Below are positions 49,230 through 58,515 of a stretch of 64,000 nt of DNA, in pieces (the first letter of the stretch is position 1; the number at the start of each line of letters is the position of its first letter). This DNA is from Puniceicoccales bacterium. Its GTDB lineage: Bacteria > Verrucomicrobiota > Verrucomicrobiia > Opitutales > JAIRKQ01. A model generated the notes under the pieces. It was given only the letters and a program-made list of their open reading frames with translations. It was not told the DNA's origin and did no database searches. Made by a program: the position numbers and the translations under genes. The stretch is taken from NCBI GenBank assembly GCA_031260055.1, contig JAIRKQ010000003.1:9113-73112 (forward strand). Reading direction: 5' to 3'.

Positions 49230-49835
49230 ATGGCAGATGAAAATTTAATCGCAAAAATTTTCCCCCAGCTAGAGGAAAGCCAACTGCATCAGTTGGTAAA
49301 CTATTCCAAATTACTGGGCGAATGGAATGAAAAAATTAACCTTATTTCAAGGAAAGATATTCAAAATGTTATCAGCCGCCACATCATTCCCAGTTTGGCA
49401 ATTTCCACGGTTGGAAATTTCACCAAGAGTGAAGATGTTTTGGACATCGGAACCGGAGGTGGTCTTCCTGGAATTCCATTGGCTATTGTTTGCCGTGAAA
49501 CTAGTTTTACACTGATGGATTCTGTCAGGAAAAAGATCATGGCGGTAAACGATACGGTAAAAAGACTCAACTTGCAGAATGTGAAAACGGTAAATACTCG
49601 GGCGGAGGACTTTTCCGATAAATTTGATAAAATTGTCGGCCGGGCGGTAACAAACTTGGCCGATTTTTTGAAATATTCGAAAAAACTTTTGAAACCAAAT
49701 GGCAAAATTTTTTATTTAAAGGGCGGAGACTGTACCAACAATTTTGGATTGCCGAAGGTGTGGAATTCCTATAATATTGCTGAAATCACCGGTATTCGCG
49801 AATTGGAAGATAAGGTGATCCTGGAAATTTTTTAA
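49230..49835 (+). CDS. rsmG: 16S rRNA (guanine527-N7)-methyltransferase
   Basis: LLGEWNEKINLISRKD...RHIIPSL, LDIGTGGGLPGIPLAI and VGRAV. Confidence 0.88.
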   Translation: MADENLIAKIFPQLEESQLHQLVNYSKLLGEWNEKINLISRKDIQNVISRHIIPSLAISTVGNFTKSEDVLDIGTGGGLPGIPLAIVCRETSFTLMDSVRKKIMAVNDTVKRLNLQNVKTVNTRAEDFSDKFDKIVGRAVTNLADFLKYSKKLLKPNGKIFYLKGGDCTNNFGLPKVWNSYNIAEITGIRELEDKVILEIF

Positions 49836-49836
49836 A

Positions 49837-50502
49837 ATGCATAGGTCAAAATTTTTAATCACATCGAATGAAGAAGTACAAATCTTCGTTACAAAGTGTG
49901 GTCCCATCGGGAACAATGCTGGATTCATTGAGAACACCAAGTACCACGAAGCTGTACTAATTGATGCCCCATTTGGATCATTCGAAGCGAGTAAAGACAT
50001 TCTCCTGCCGGACACGAAAGTAGTCGCCATCTTATTTACCCATGGTCATTGGGATCATGTGGGCGATGGTCATATGTTTGAAAATTTAGGAATACAGACC
50101 TATGCCCATGGGTTAGACAAATTATTAATTGAGCATCCGGAATTGGTGACAATGATTGTTGGATCGGACGTTGACCTTATGCCCTGCAAAATCGACGTTG
50201 AAGTAAAAGACAACGACATCATTAACATCAATGGATGGCTGGAAGTTTTTTGCCGATGGGTACCGGGACATGCCGCTGGAGATTTAACATTTTATATCAA
50301 ATCACTGGGATGTGTATTTACGGGCGACACATTGTTCAAGAGCAACATCGGAAGATCCGATTTGCCAGGTGGCAATGGTCCGTTACTGGTTTCCGGCATA
50401 AAGGAAAAGCTTTTAACATTGCCCCAAGATACGATGGTTATTCCTGGCCATGGAAAATTTACAACCATTTCAAAAGAAAAAAGTAATCCGTATCTCAACT
50501 GA
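49837..50502 (+). CDS. MBL-fold metallo-hydrolase (glyoxalase II-like)
   Basis: The FTHGHWDHVGD metal-binding motif, plus GHAAGD, GDTLF and PGHG. Confidence 0.8.
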   Translation: MHRSKFLITSNEEVQIFVTKCGPIGNNAGFIENTKYHEAVLIDAPFGSFEASKDILLPDTKVVAILFTHGHWDHVGDGHMFENLGIQTYAHGLDKLLIEHPELVTMIVGSDVDLMPCKIDVEVKDNDIININGWLEVFCRWVPGHAAGDLTFYIKSLGCVFTGDTLFKSNIGRSDLPGGNGPLLVSGIKEKLLTLPQDTMVIPGHGKFTTISKEKSNPYLN

Positions 50503-50585
50503 AGGCTTCCGCCCTAACGAAATTAAATGGGTGCCATATTTCTACAAATACCTTCTGATATCGGCTTATGCCTTGATAGATACCA

Positions 50586-50605
50586 TCTGCCCCCATGGGG
50601 GCAGA
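50586..50605. terminator. Perfect 20 nt palindrome between convergent genes (likely bidirectional terminator)
   Basis: TCTGCCCCCATGGGGGCAGA forms an 8 bp GC-rich stem. It is followed on the + strand by ATTAGTTTTATT. It sits between the MBL hydrolase stop (50502) and the convergent ORF stop (50647). Confidence 0.5.
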
Positions 50606-50646
50606 ATTAGTTTTATTGATAAATTTTCCTCCTACATCTTTGTGTA

Positions 50647-51186
50647 TTATGCCTGATATTGTTCCCTCAAGATGGGATCAGGCGCTTTGCATTTGTCTAT
50701 TAAAATGCTCTCTATGGATGGCCAGAGCATAGCCAATGCAGCTGCCCAAGAACCATAGGCGGCTGCGTTATACCCATCGCCTTGGGACCGCAATATTATT
50801 CCTAGCATTGTTCCACCGATGCCCAAAGCTATTCTCCCCCATTTGGACCCTTGTACAGCCGTTATTTGTTGAGGATTCAAATGGTTTCGCGGATCTATTT
50901 GGTCAACAACGAATTGATCTTCATGCATATGACCGGTAACAACAAGGGTGACTTCTCTTTCATCCAACGGCATTTCAGCTACTTGGTTTCTATTGGCAGT
51001 TTCTTGTATGCCTTGCATTTGTCTTACGGCTCTAGGTCCCCAAGTCACTCTCTCCAATGCCGGAGCTGTTTCTTCCGGTGCTTCAAATTGACCCGGTAGT
51101 CCATGATAAGCCCCCGGTGTCCCAAATTGGCCTGGTATCCCATAGGGAACCTCCGTCACTGGGTTTCCATCAGTATAAACATCCAT
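50647..51186 (-). CDS. Hypothetical protein: Pro/Gly-rich N-terminus + C-terminal paired hydrophobic segments
   Basis: 179-codon ORF with a consensus RBS (AAGGAGGAATAA-ATG). Repeated GxPGQF motifs. The hydrophobic pair is IALGIGGTMLGIIL-(8 aa)-AAAYGSWAAALAMLWPSI. No family recognised. Confidence 0.65.
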   Translation of the reverse strand: MDVYTDGNPVTEVPYGIPGQFGTPGAYHGLPGQFEAPEETAPALERVTWGPRAVRQMQGIQETANRNQVAEMPLDEREVTLVVTGHMHEDQFVVDQIDPRNHLNPQQITAVQGSKWGRIALGIGGTMLGIILRSQGDGYNAAAYGSWAAALAMLWPSIESILIDKCKAPDPILREQYQA

Positions 51187-51381
51187 TTATTCCTCCTTTT
51201 TTGAAAAAATTCTACCGATGGTACCCATATTGTTTACAATGTCAAATTTTTAACAAAAAAAATTAATTCAAGGGGCAAATAAAATAATGGGCTTTCACCC
51301 AACGTTTTAAATTTCCTGTTAGATCGTAATAAATCCATTGTCTTTTTTACAAAAATTCTAAAATCGATAGCAATTTGGGAA

Positions 51382-52437
51382 ATGCTTATGAATAAATATG
51401 TCGAAGAATTTAAAAAAAATGATAGGTTAGGGTTGCTTAAACACAAGTGCAAAACAATAGACAAATCCAAGCTACATTTACCGGGTCCGGATTTTATCAA
51501 CGAAGTGTTTTTACAGTCAGATAGGTCCATTGCCGTTCTCAATAGTCTATCGCGGATTCGCAACACAGGGCGTCTTGGAGGAACAGGCTATATTTCAATC
51601 CTTCCCGTAGACCAAGGCATCGAACATTCGGCTGCTGCTAGTTTCGCCCCGAGCCCGGAATATTTTGATCCCGAAAATATTGTAAAATTAGCCATTGAAG
51701 GCGGCTGTAGCGCCGTAGCATCCACATTGGGAGTGCTTGGAATTGTTTCTAGAAAATATGCCCATAGGATACCTTTCGTTGTAAAGCTGAATCACAATGA
51801 ATTGCTGACATATCCCAACAAATTTGATCAGATCTATTTCGGACACGTTCAACAGGCATACGATATGGGAGCAGCGGCCGTTGGAGCTACAATTTATTTC
51901 GGGTCCGAAGAATCCACACGCCAGATACAAGAGACGACGGAAGCATTTCAGTTAGCCCATGAGCTTGGTATGGCAACAATTCTTTGGTGCTATCTAAGAA
52001 ACAATGCATTTAAGGCCGATAAGGATTACCACACAAGCGCTGATCTGACAGGTCAAGCAAATCACTTGGGAGTAACCATTGAAGCTGACATAATCAAACA
52101 AAAGTTACCGACAAACAATGGAGGTTTTAAAGCATTGAAATTTGGGAAAACCCACGACAAGGTTTACTCGGAATTGACGAGCGATAATCCCATAGATTTA
52201 ACCCGATACCAACTGGCAAATTGCTACATGGGCCGGGCCGGACTAATAAATTCAGGAGGGGCTTCCGGGGCTAATGACTTCCATGAGGCGGTTGAAACGG
52301 CTGTTATCAATAAGCGGGCTGGAGGATCTGGATTGATCTGCGGACGAAAGGCATTCCAACGTCCCATGAAAGATGGTGTAGCCCTATTAAATGCTATCCA
52401 AGATGTTTACTTGGATAAGTCCATAACCATTGCATGA
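51382..52437 (+). CDS. fbaB: Class I fructose-bisphosphate aldolase (FbaB/DhnA type)
   Basis: It is collinear with my recollection of E. coli FbaB: [81 protein letters not shown] and a C-terminal DKSITIA. Confidence 0.92.
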   Translation: MLMNKYVEEFKKNDRLGLLKHKCKTIDKSKLHLPGPDFINEVFLQSDRSIAVLNSLSRIRNTGRLGGTGYISILPVDQGIEHSAAASFAPSPEYFDPENIVKLAIEGGCSAVASTLGVLGIVSRKYAHRIPFVVKLNHNELLTYPNKFDQIYFGHVQQAYDMGAAAVGATIYFGSEESTRQIQETTEAFQLAHELGMATILWCYLRNNAFKADKDYHTSADLTGQANHLGVTIEADIIKQKLPTNNGGFKALKFGKTHDKVYSELTSDNPIDLTRYQLANCYMGRAGLINSGGASGANDFHEAVETAVINKRAGGSGLICGRKAFQRPMKDGVALLNAIQDVYLDKSITIA

Positions 52438-52521
52438 GCGTTAATATTTCTTCATGTAACTTCCTACGAAAGCATGTGGGACGAGGTTTCTGTTTTTGAA
52501 GCTGATAAAAAGACTTCCAAT

Positions 52522-54333
52522 TTAGGGACTCAATTCCAGCCATTGGTTTTCCAGTTTTGCCAGCTCATCACAGCATTTTGCATATAGCCCATAGACTTCC
52601 GCATCCTGAAATCTTGATAATTTTTCTTCGAGGGTCTTTTTTTCAGTTTCTAGAATGTTGATGTCTTTCTCCAAGAGAAACAATCTTTTCTTTAGCTCTG
52701 AATTACTACGAGATTGTTGGGGGGTTTCAATTTTGCTTGAGTTTTCGATGGAAGAATTTTGATTGCCCCCTTTGGAGAGCAACATTTCTCGATAGGAATC
52801 TAGAGATCCATTGAATGGAGTGCATTTCCCTCCATCGATGATAAAAAATCTATTGCATGTTTTGGACAATGTGAAAAAATCGTGGGTGATTAGTATTACT
52901 GCTCCTTGGTATTTGTTTATCGCATCGACCAGTGCCTCCCGGGCCTCGATATCCAAATGGTTCGTCGGCTCATCCAAAATCATAACATGGGGATTGAAGA
53001 GTGAATTTATCGCAAGCAAAACACGGGATTTTTCACCACCGGATAGATTTTTTATCAGCGTTTCGCTACGGGATTGCGTTATTCCGAACCTTGCCAGATG
53101 AGAACGGGCTTGGGTCTCTGAAAAATCACGGGCAAGCCTGCGTAAGGTTTCGACGGGAGAGGATTCCACATTCAATTCATCGGCCTGTTGCTGGGAAAAG
53201 TATGATACTTTCAGATTTCTTGCGTAGGAGACATTACCCGAAAGGGTAACCAACCGGTTGGCCAACAGTTTAGCAAGCGTAGATTTTCCGTTACCATTTG
53301 CCCCTAGTAGGGCGATCCTATCATTTGAATTTACACAAAATTCTACGTTCCTTAGCACCGTTTTATCCTCGTATCCTGCGGCGATGTTTTCTAAAATTAT
53401 CAATTTACGATCGACCTCAGGGTGTGGTTTGGGAAATGATAGGGTTACCTTGTACTCTTCGTTGGGTATTTCTGGGACTTTCATTTTTTCCAACATTTTA
53501 ATCCTACTCTGTGCCTGCTTGGCCTTTGTTGCTTTTGCCCTGAACCTATCGATAAAACTCTGTATGTGTTCTCGTTTTTTCTGCTGTGCCTCGATGTTTC
53601 TTACCAATGCAACCTCTTGTTTCTTGCGCGTATCCACGTAGGTATCGTAATTTCCCCTGAAGAGATGTAGTTCCCTGTTGAAAATGCTAACGATACAATT
53701 GCAAATGGAATTCAAAAACTGCCTTTCGTGGGAAATCATGACTACCATTTTGTTGGTTTTTTCCAAAAAATTTTCCAGCCACATGGCCGTTTCCAAATCC
53801 AGATGGTTGGAAGGTTCATCCAGCAACAGGCAGTCGGATGGAGCAAATAGTGCCGCTGCGAGAGATGCCCTTACTTGCCATCCTCCCGAAAACTCTTTCA
53901 ATTTTTTATGAAGATCATCCTGTTTGAACCCGAGACCGTCCAATATGCTGGATGCCCGTGCTTCTGCTGAATAGCCGTCGATTGCGGCATAGGTATCGTA
54001 GGCATTGGCAAGGTCCTCACCGGATATTTGTTTGTCCTCCAAAATTGTTCGCAGCCGCACTAATTCTTTATCGGCACCGATGATAAAATTCATCAAAGAA
54101 ATTTCATCATTTTCAATCTCTTGTTTTACACAAACAAGCCTTGCTCTATTTTTTGTAAAAATTTCTCCAGCATCCACATCCTCTTGGCCAAGGATTATCC
54201 TAAATAGTGTCGTTTTTCCACATCCGTTCGGGCCAACTATCCCAATTTTCCCATCCGATGGTAAATGCAGTGTCGCATCTTCAAATAATACTCGACTGCC
54301 GATTCGATAGGTTAAATTTTCAATGTCTATCAT
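52522..54333 (-). CDS. ABC-F family ATPase (two ABC domains, no TM domain)
   Basis: Two Walker A motifs (GPNGCGKTT, GANGNGKST), two LSGG signatures (FSGGWQVR, LSGGEKSR) and two Walker B motifs (LLLDEPSNHLD, MILDEPTNHLD), plus a C-terminal coiled-coil. ATG 54333 (MIDIENL) follows AGAAAGAG. Confidence 0.88.
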   Translation of the reverse strand: MIDIENLTYRIGSRVLFEDATLHLPSDGKIGIVGPNGCGKTTLFRIILGQEDVDAGEIFTKNRARLVCVKQEIENDEISLMNFIIGADKELVRLRTILEDKQISGEDLANAYDTYAAIDGYSAEARASSILDGLGFKQDDLHKKLKEFSGGWQVRASLAAALFAPSDCLLLDEPSNHLDLETAMWLENFLEKTNKMVVMISHERQFLNSICNCIVSIFNRELHLFRGNYDTYVDTRKKQEVALVRNIEAQQKKREHIQSFIDRFRAKATKAKQAQSRIKMLEKMKVPEIPNEEYKVTLSFPKPHPEVDRKLIILENIAAGYEDKTVLRNVEFCVNSNDRIALLGANGNGKSTLAKLLANRLVTLSGNVSYARNLKVSYFSQQQADELNVESSPVETLRRLARDFSETQARSHLARFGITQSRSETLIKNLSGGEKSRVLLAINSLFNPHVMILDEPTNHLDIEAREALVDAINKYQGAVILITHDFFTLSKTCNRFFIIDGGKCTPFNGSLDSYREMLLSKGGNQNSSIENSSKIETPQQSRSNSELKKRLFLLEKDINILETEKKTLEEKLSRFQDAEVYGLYAKCCDELAKLENQWLELSP

Positions 54334-54444
54334 CTCTTTCTGCCCTTCAAAACAACACAAGTCCAACCATATTACAATTCAAATATCGTGTTGACTATTT
54401 TATTCATCACCCTACGTTTCTACTTTCAAAAGCGTAAAAGGATC

Positions 54445-55254
54445 ATGGGCTTTATATCAAGCCGAATTAAATGTCATGTCGCTAGTAAAGCATTTACTTT
54501 ACTAGAACTAATGTTGTCATTGTTTGTAGTTATCATTCTGATTTTCCTCGGGAAAAAATTAATATCCCTGGCCGCTGATAGCAATCGATCCACCGATGAG
54601 ACAAGAATCATTTGTAAGGAACTAAATGATATGCTAACGTGTATCAGCGATGATCTGAAATCGATGGTCCTCCTCGATAAAGGACAGCCTATTTTTGAAA
54701 TTTGCAAGAGTAAAGGTGAAAATGGATTTAAGCTATTATTTTTCACTACGAATAGCGAACAACACATCACCGCAGCAGTAAAATATGATATGGTGGAGTT
54801 AGAGTTTGGAAAACTTGAAGTTTCCCGTACAATACTAGGCAATGCAGCCACCTTATCCCTGCAAAAGTTGCTAGTACAAAACCATTCCATGGGAAAATTT
54901 TTTGAAGACCTAGAGGCAGAGGGTAAGCATACATGTAAGTTCAGCATGCCATTGGCAGATTTCAAAATTCGTGTGGCAATAAAAATACATGGTAGGGACA
55001 CAATTTCCTTAGCACCTAACACAAAAATGATATATTCTTGGAATATGATATCCTACGATAAGAATGGCGAAAATGCTATTCTTAGAGGAGATTTGTCATT
55101 TTTTGATGTTACGCTCAGGGCTTTAGGCAAAACCGATGCCGTCAAATTGTATGTGTTAGCAGCAAAGGATAAGGCAAAGGCAAAAGATTTCTTGGTTTCC
55201 CATGCGGAGAGCAGCTTTGCCAGAATCGTTCCAAATTCAGTACCGTTTCCATAG
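54445..55254 (+). CDS. Pseudopilin-like protein with prepilin-type N-terminal cleavage/methylation motif
   Basis: MGFISSRIKCHVASKA|FTLLELMLSLFVVIILIF is a class III signal, with Glu at +5 but Ala rather than Gly at -1. ATG 54445 follows AAAGGA. The rest of the protein is not recognisable. Confidence 0.6.
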   Translation: MGFISSRIKCHVASKAFTLLELMLSLFVVIILIFLGKKLISLAADSNRSTDETRIICKELNDMLTCISDDLKSMVLLDKGQPIFEICKSKGENGFKLLFFTTNSEQHITAAVKYDMVELEFGKLEVSRTILGNAATLSLQKLLVQNHSMGKFFEDLEAEGKHTCKFSMPLADFKIRVAIKIHGRDTISLAPNTKMIYSWNMISYDKNGENAILRGDLSFFDVTLRALGKTDAVKLYVLAAKDKAKAKDFLVSHAESSFARIVPNSVPFP

Positions 55255-55255
55255 G

Positions 55256-55750
55256 TTATCGTTGGTATTTTATGTAATTGTCATAGACAAACATGAGCTT
55301 TTTATGGCAAAGGGCCATTTTGTCAGATAGCAAAAATATACAGATTTGAGAAACACTTGCCGTTGACAAAAATTGAAATATGCCGAACGGTGTATTTCGA
55401 AAAATAAATAAAAGTAAAATATATGAAATATTGGCCACTTGCTCAAGGAGGATTCGATGGGAGGATAATACGGAATGTCCTGGAGCAAACATGGCTCTTT
55501 GGATGCAGTAAAAGAATATGCAAAAGACTGCACTGAATCCAAATGGTAAAAAAGGAAATATTACATCAAGAATGGGGCCGATCAAACAGTACAGAATTGT
55601 AGCCTGAAAGGAATCCAGGTATGTGGCGGGATTATGAACAAATAACCCAACGGGAATAATTAGGATACCAGGAAACAGTATGGAACCATTGAAAAGTTGA
55701 CAGAGAAATAGTACACCGTAGTAAACAATGACAAGCAGGAAAGATATCAT
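55256..55750 (-). CDS. mreD: MreD-like rod-shape membrane protein
   Basis: 164 aa, about 5 TM. It starts 1 nt after the mreC stop, the conserved position. Sequence similarity could not be verified by eye. Confidence 0.5.
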   Translation of the reverse strand: MISFLLVIVYYGVLFLCQLFNGSILFPGILIIPVGLFVHNPATYLDSFQATILYCLIGPILDVIFPFLPFGFSAVFCIFFYCIQRAMFAPGHSVLSSHRILLEQVANISYILLLFIFRNTPFGIFQFLSTASVSQICIFLLSDKMALCHKKLMFVYDNYIKYQR

Positions 55751-55751
55751 T

Positions 55752-56612
55752 TTAACCTCTTAAATTTATCAGGATTGCAACCTGGTACAGCTTTGACAGT
55801 AGATCATTATTTAGGGTAACATCCGATGAAAAGAAACGATTCCCATGTTCTCCTGGAGATTTTATCAACCCCACCAAAATATTTTTTGGAAATACTCCGG
55901 ATAGTTCTGATGTGACGAGGCTTATTGGTTCTCCATCCGACATAATTTCCGTTGGAATATTTGTTGCAATCCCGGTAGCCTGACTAAAAAGATTATGCCC
56001 ATTCCCGGAAAATACTATGGGAGACCTGGTATCGTCTCCCTTAGCATGGACCACCATCCTGAATTGTGGAGATGAGACTAGTTCAACGACGGAAGTCTTG
56101 ACATATGCCGATTTTATGCGACCTACCACATAATTTTGAGAAATTACACCCATTCCTTCGGCGACTCCATGGTTTGTTCCAACATCGACGACCAATTCGC
56201 TAGTCCAGGAAGCAATATCCCTACGAATTACGCTGGCTGGCTTTGCTATAAAATTTCCAATGCGATACTCTTGTCCGGATTTGGAAATGCTGGGAATATC
56301 CTCTGCCAATGTGGCGACTTTCAATTGTAAAGCTACGTTTTCCCGCATCAGGCTTTCACAAAAAGTAATTAGGTCTCTCTTGGAAAGAATCCCTTTGGAA
56401 AAAGCGCTTCGCAGATTTTCTAATTGAGCAGACGCTGCATAAATCGGAGCTTGAGCATGGGCAAAAGCGGATTTGATATTATTTCGAAATGATGTGGGAA
56501 TAAGCCACATCAATGCAATGATGAAAACTAACGGTAGATAATAGCTAGAAGTATTGCGTCGTTTGTCTGCAACGGGCAAAAAATTTTCTGAAAATTTTTT
56601 CGAATCTTTCAC
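55752..56612 (-). CDS. mreC: Rod shape-determining protein MreC
   Basis: N-terminal TM, a coiled-coil (RENVALQLKVATLAEDI), then beta-barrel blocks VIRRDIASWTSELVVDVGTNHGVAEGMGVISQNYVVGRIKSAYVKTSVVELVSS. GTG start overlaps the cca stop (GTGA). Confidence 0.8.
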   Translation of the reverse strand: MKDSKKFSENFLPVADKRRNTSSYYLPLVFIIALMWLIPTSFRNNIKSAFAHAQAPIYAASAQLENLRSAFSKGILSKRDLITFCESLMRENVALQLKVATLAEDIPSISKSGQEYRIGNFIAKPASVIRRDIASWTSELVVDVGTNHGVAEGMGVISQNYVVGRIKSAYVKTSVVELVSSPQFRMVVHAKGDDTRSPIVFSGNGHNLFSQATGIATNIPTEIMSDGEPISLVTSELSGVFPKNILVGLIKSPGEHGNRFFSSDVTLNNDLLSKLYQVAILINLRG

Positions 56613-58030
56613 AGTGTGTTACCATTTTGGACTATTTTTCGTAGGTATGCAATACCTGAAGTGTGGTCTAAAAATTCGCAATTTAACTGGGCGATAAAAC
56701 ACCGATCCAATATTTCAGAAAATTGGTCCGATGGAGATAATCCGCATCGAATCAAATCGCGGCCTTGAATAATCGGTATGGGTTGGCTTGAAAATACTCC
56801 AAATTTTTTAGCCGTTTCCTCTAACCAATCTATCAATCCACTATTGTGTCTGTCCTTACTTATCCGCCCCATGCTATCAATGTAACATAGCCTTATCAAC
56901 CTATCCATGCGTCCCACATCATTCGCCAAGTGTAGAATGGCAGAATCGGTCCTATTATCCCTATGTAAAAATCGCGGAACCATGTGCCACCTTACCAGAG
57001 GCAATACCGCTTCGATTAAATAATTGGGAGCATTGATAGACTTTAAAAATTCTTCCGCATATGGTCCACCGATTTCATCGTGTCCATAGTGGTGAATTCC
57101 TTTTGCATCTTGTGTCACCACATAGGGCTTCCCGAAATCGTGGCATAGGGCAGCGAACCCAAGAATAAGATCTTCTTGCCGATCCCCGATTTTGTTTTTA
57201 GCAAACACATCGAGGGCCATGCACGTATGTTCAAATACGGACCCTTCTCCATGTTGGTCGGCATCCTGTGGACATTTATCAAGGGCTTCAACCTGAGGAA
57301 AAAACTTTAACCAATCAGCATCCTTGAGGAATCGTAGGCCTAGGGATGGTGTCTCAGAGTATAATACCAATTTTTCCCACTCCGAAAAAATTCGTTCTCT
57401 GGAAAGACCTTCCATGGATAAATTTTTACACAGGGAAAGAGTTTCCTTGGCGGCCTTTAGATTGAACCTTCCTGCGAATTGCATACCTCTTAGTACCCTC
57501 AAGGGGTCTTCGGAAAATTTTTCTCCAACGTGGCGTAGTATGCCCAGCTCCAGATCTTTTAATCCACCAAACTCGTCGATGATTTTTTCACCCATGACAT
57601 CGAAATATATGGCATTTATGGTAAAATCTCGGCGGCTGGCTGCGGTTTTAACATCGCACTTTTCGAGAAAATTAACAGAAAAATCCCTATGTTTGTTCCC
57701 GATTTTCGTTTCGATCCGCGGGACGGAAACATCGATGGGAAAATTGTGAATTTTAAGAACGCAAAAGGCCTTTCCAGTTTTTTCAACTGCAAACCTTGAT
57801 GCCAGGATTCTTTCGACGTCAACCAACGACATGTCAAAAACTTCTATATCGAAGTCTGAAAATTGCTTTTTTCGAATGGCATCTCTGACGCACCCACCCA
57901 CAAAATATGGCCTAGCTCCGGCCTGGGCAAGTTCTTTACAAATATCCAAGGCCTTCTCCCATACTTCAATATTTGATAATTTCTGAAATGTTTGATCGGT
58001 CAAATCCATGTATGCCATTGCATTGTGCAA
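56609..58030 (-). CDS. cca: CCA-adding tRNA nucleotidyltransferase with HD domain
   Basis: The polymerase-beta head ARPYFVGGCVRDAIRKKQFSDFDIEV, then RRDFTINAIY, DPLRVLRGMQFAGRF and the HD block LCHDFGKP. Confidence 0.85.
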   Translation of the reverse strand: MHNAMAYMDLTDQTFQKLSNIEVWEKALDICKELAQAGARPYFVGGCVRDAIRKKQFSDFDIEVFDMSLVDVERILASRFAVEKTGKAFCVLKIHNFPIDVSVPRIETKIGNKHRDFSVNFLEKCDVKTAASRRDFTINAIYFDVMGEKIIDEFGGLKDLELGILRHVGEKFSEDPLRVLRGMQFAGRFNLKAAKETLSLCKNLSMEGLSRERIFSEWEKLVLYSETPSLGLRFLKDADWLKFFPQVEALDKCPQDADQHGEGSVFEHTCMALDVFAKNKIGDRQEDLILGFAALCHDFGKPYVVTQDAKGIHHYGHDEIGGPYAEEFLKSINAPNYLIEAVLPLVRWHMVPRFLHRDNRTDSAILHLANDVGRMDRLIRLCYIDSMGRISKDRHNSGLIDWLEETAKKFGVFSSQPIPIIQGRDLIRCGLSPSDQFSEILDRCFIAQLNCEFLDHTSGIAYLRKIVQNGNTL

Positions 58031-58224
58031 GTATAGAATTATTCAATTTCCTGCAAGACAATTGGTTTTCATTGATCCCCTATTACCCATGGCAAAAGGA
58101 AATATCATTATCACAAACGGATAAGGGGACTGTATATGCTTGAATATTACCGCAAGCCATGATATTTTTATCTTTCAATTTTTTAATATTTTTTTACCGT
58201 GGCAACACTTTGTAGTATGTAGCA

Positions 58225-58509
58225 ATGAAAACTAGCCGAAAAGTTATTCTCATATTTATTCTTGGGATTTTGTCTTTTATTAATATCAAATTGATAATGT
58301 CGCTAGTCGACACAAGGCGTGAAGAAATTCGACTTTCGAAAAAGTTAAATGGTTTATTAGAAAAGAGACAAACTGCGGAAAATCAATTTATTCTGAAGCA
58401 GGATCACATGCGAAAAATGCTGACGGATAAAGATTTTATGGAACAGGTAACCCATCAAAAAACAGGGTTTATAAAGGATAAGGAAACAGTTTTTAAATTT
58501 GAGGATTAA
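58225..58509 (+). CDS. FtsB/DivIC-like septum formation initiator
   Basis: 94 aa with an N-terminal TM, a coiled-coil, and a C-terminal DKDFMEQVTHQKTGFIKDKETVFKF. This resembles the ..yiEe.AR..lG....gE.v..f tail of FtsB-family proteins. Confidence 0.5.
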   Translation: MKTSRKVILIFILGILSFINIKLIMSLVDTRREEIRLSKKLNGLLEKRQTAENQFILKQDHMRKMLTDKDFMEQVTHQKTGFIKDKETVFKFED

Positions 58510-58515
58510 AACGGT

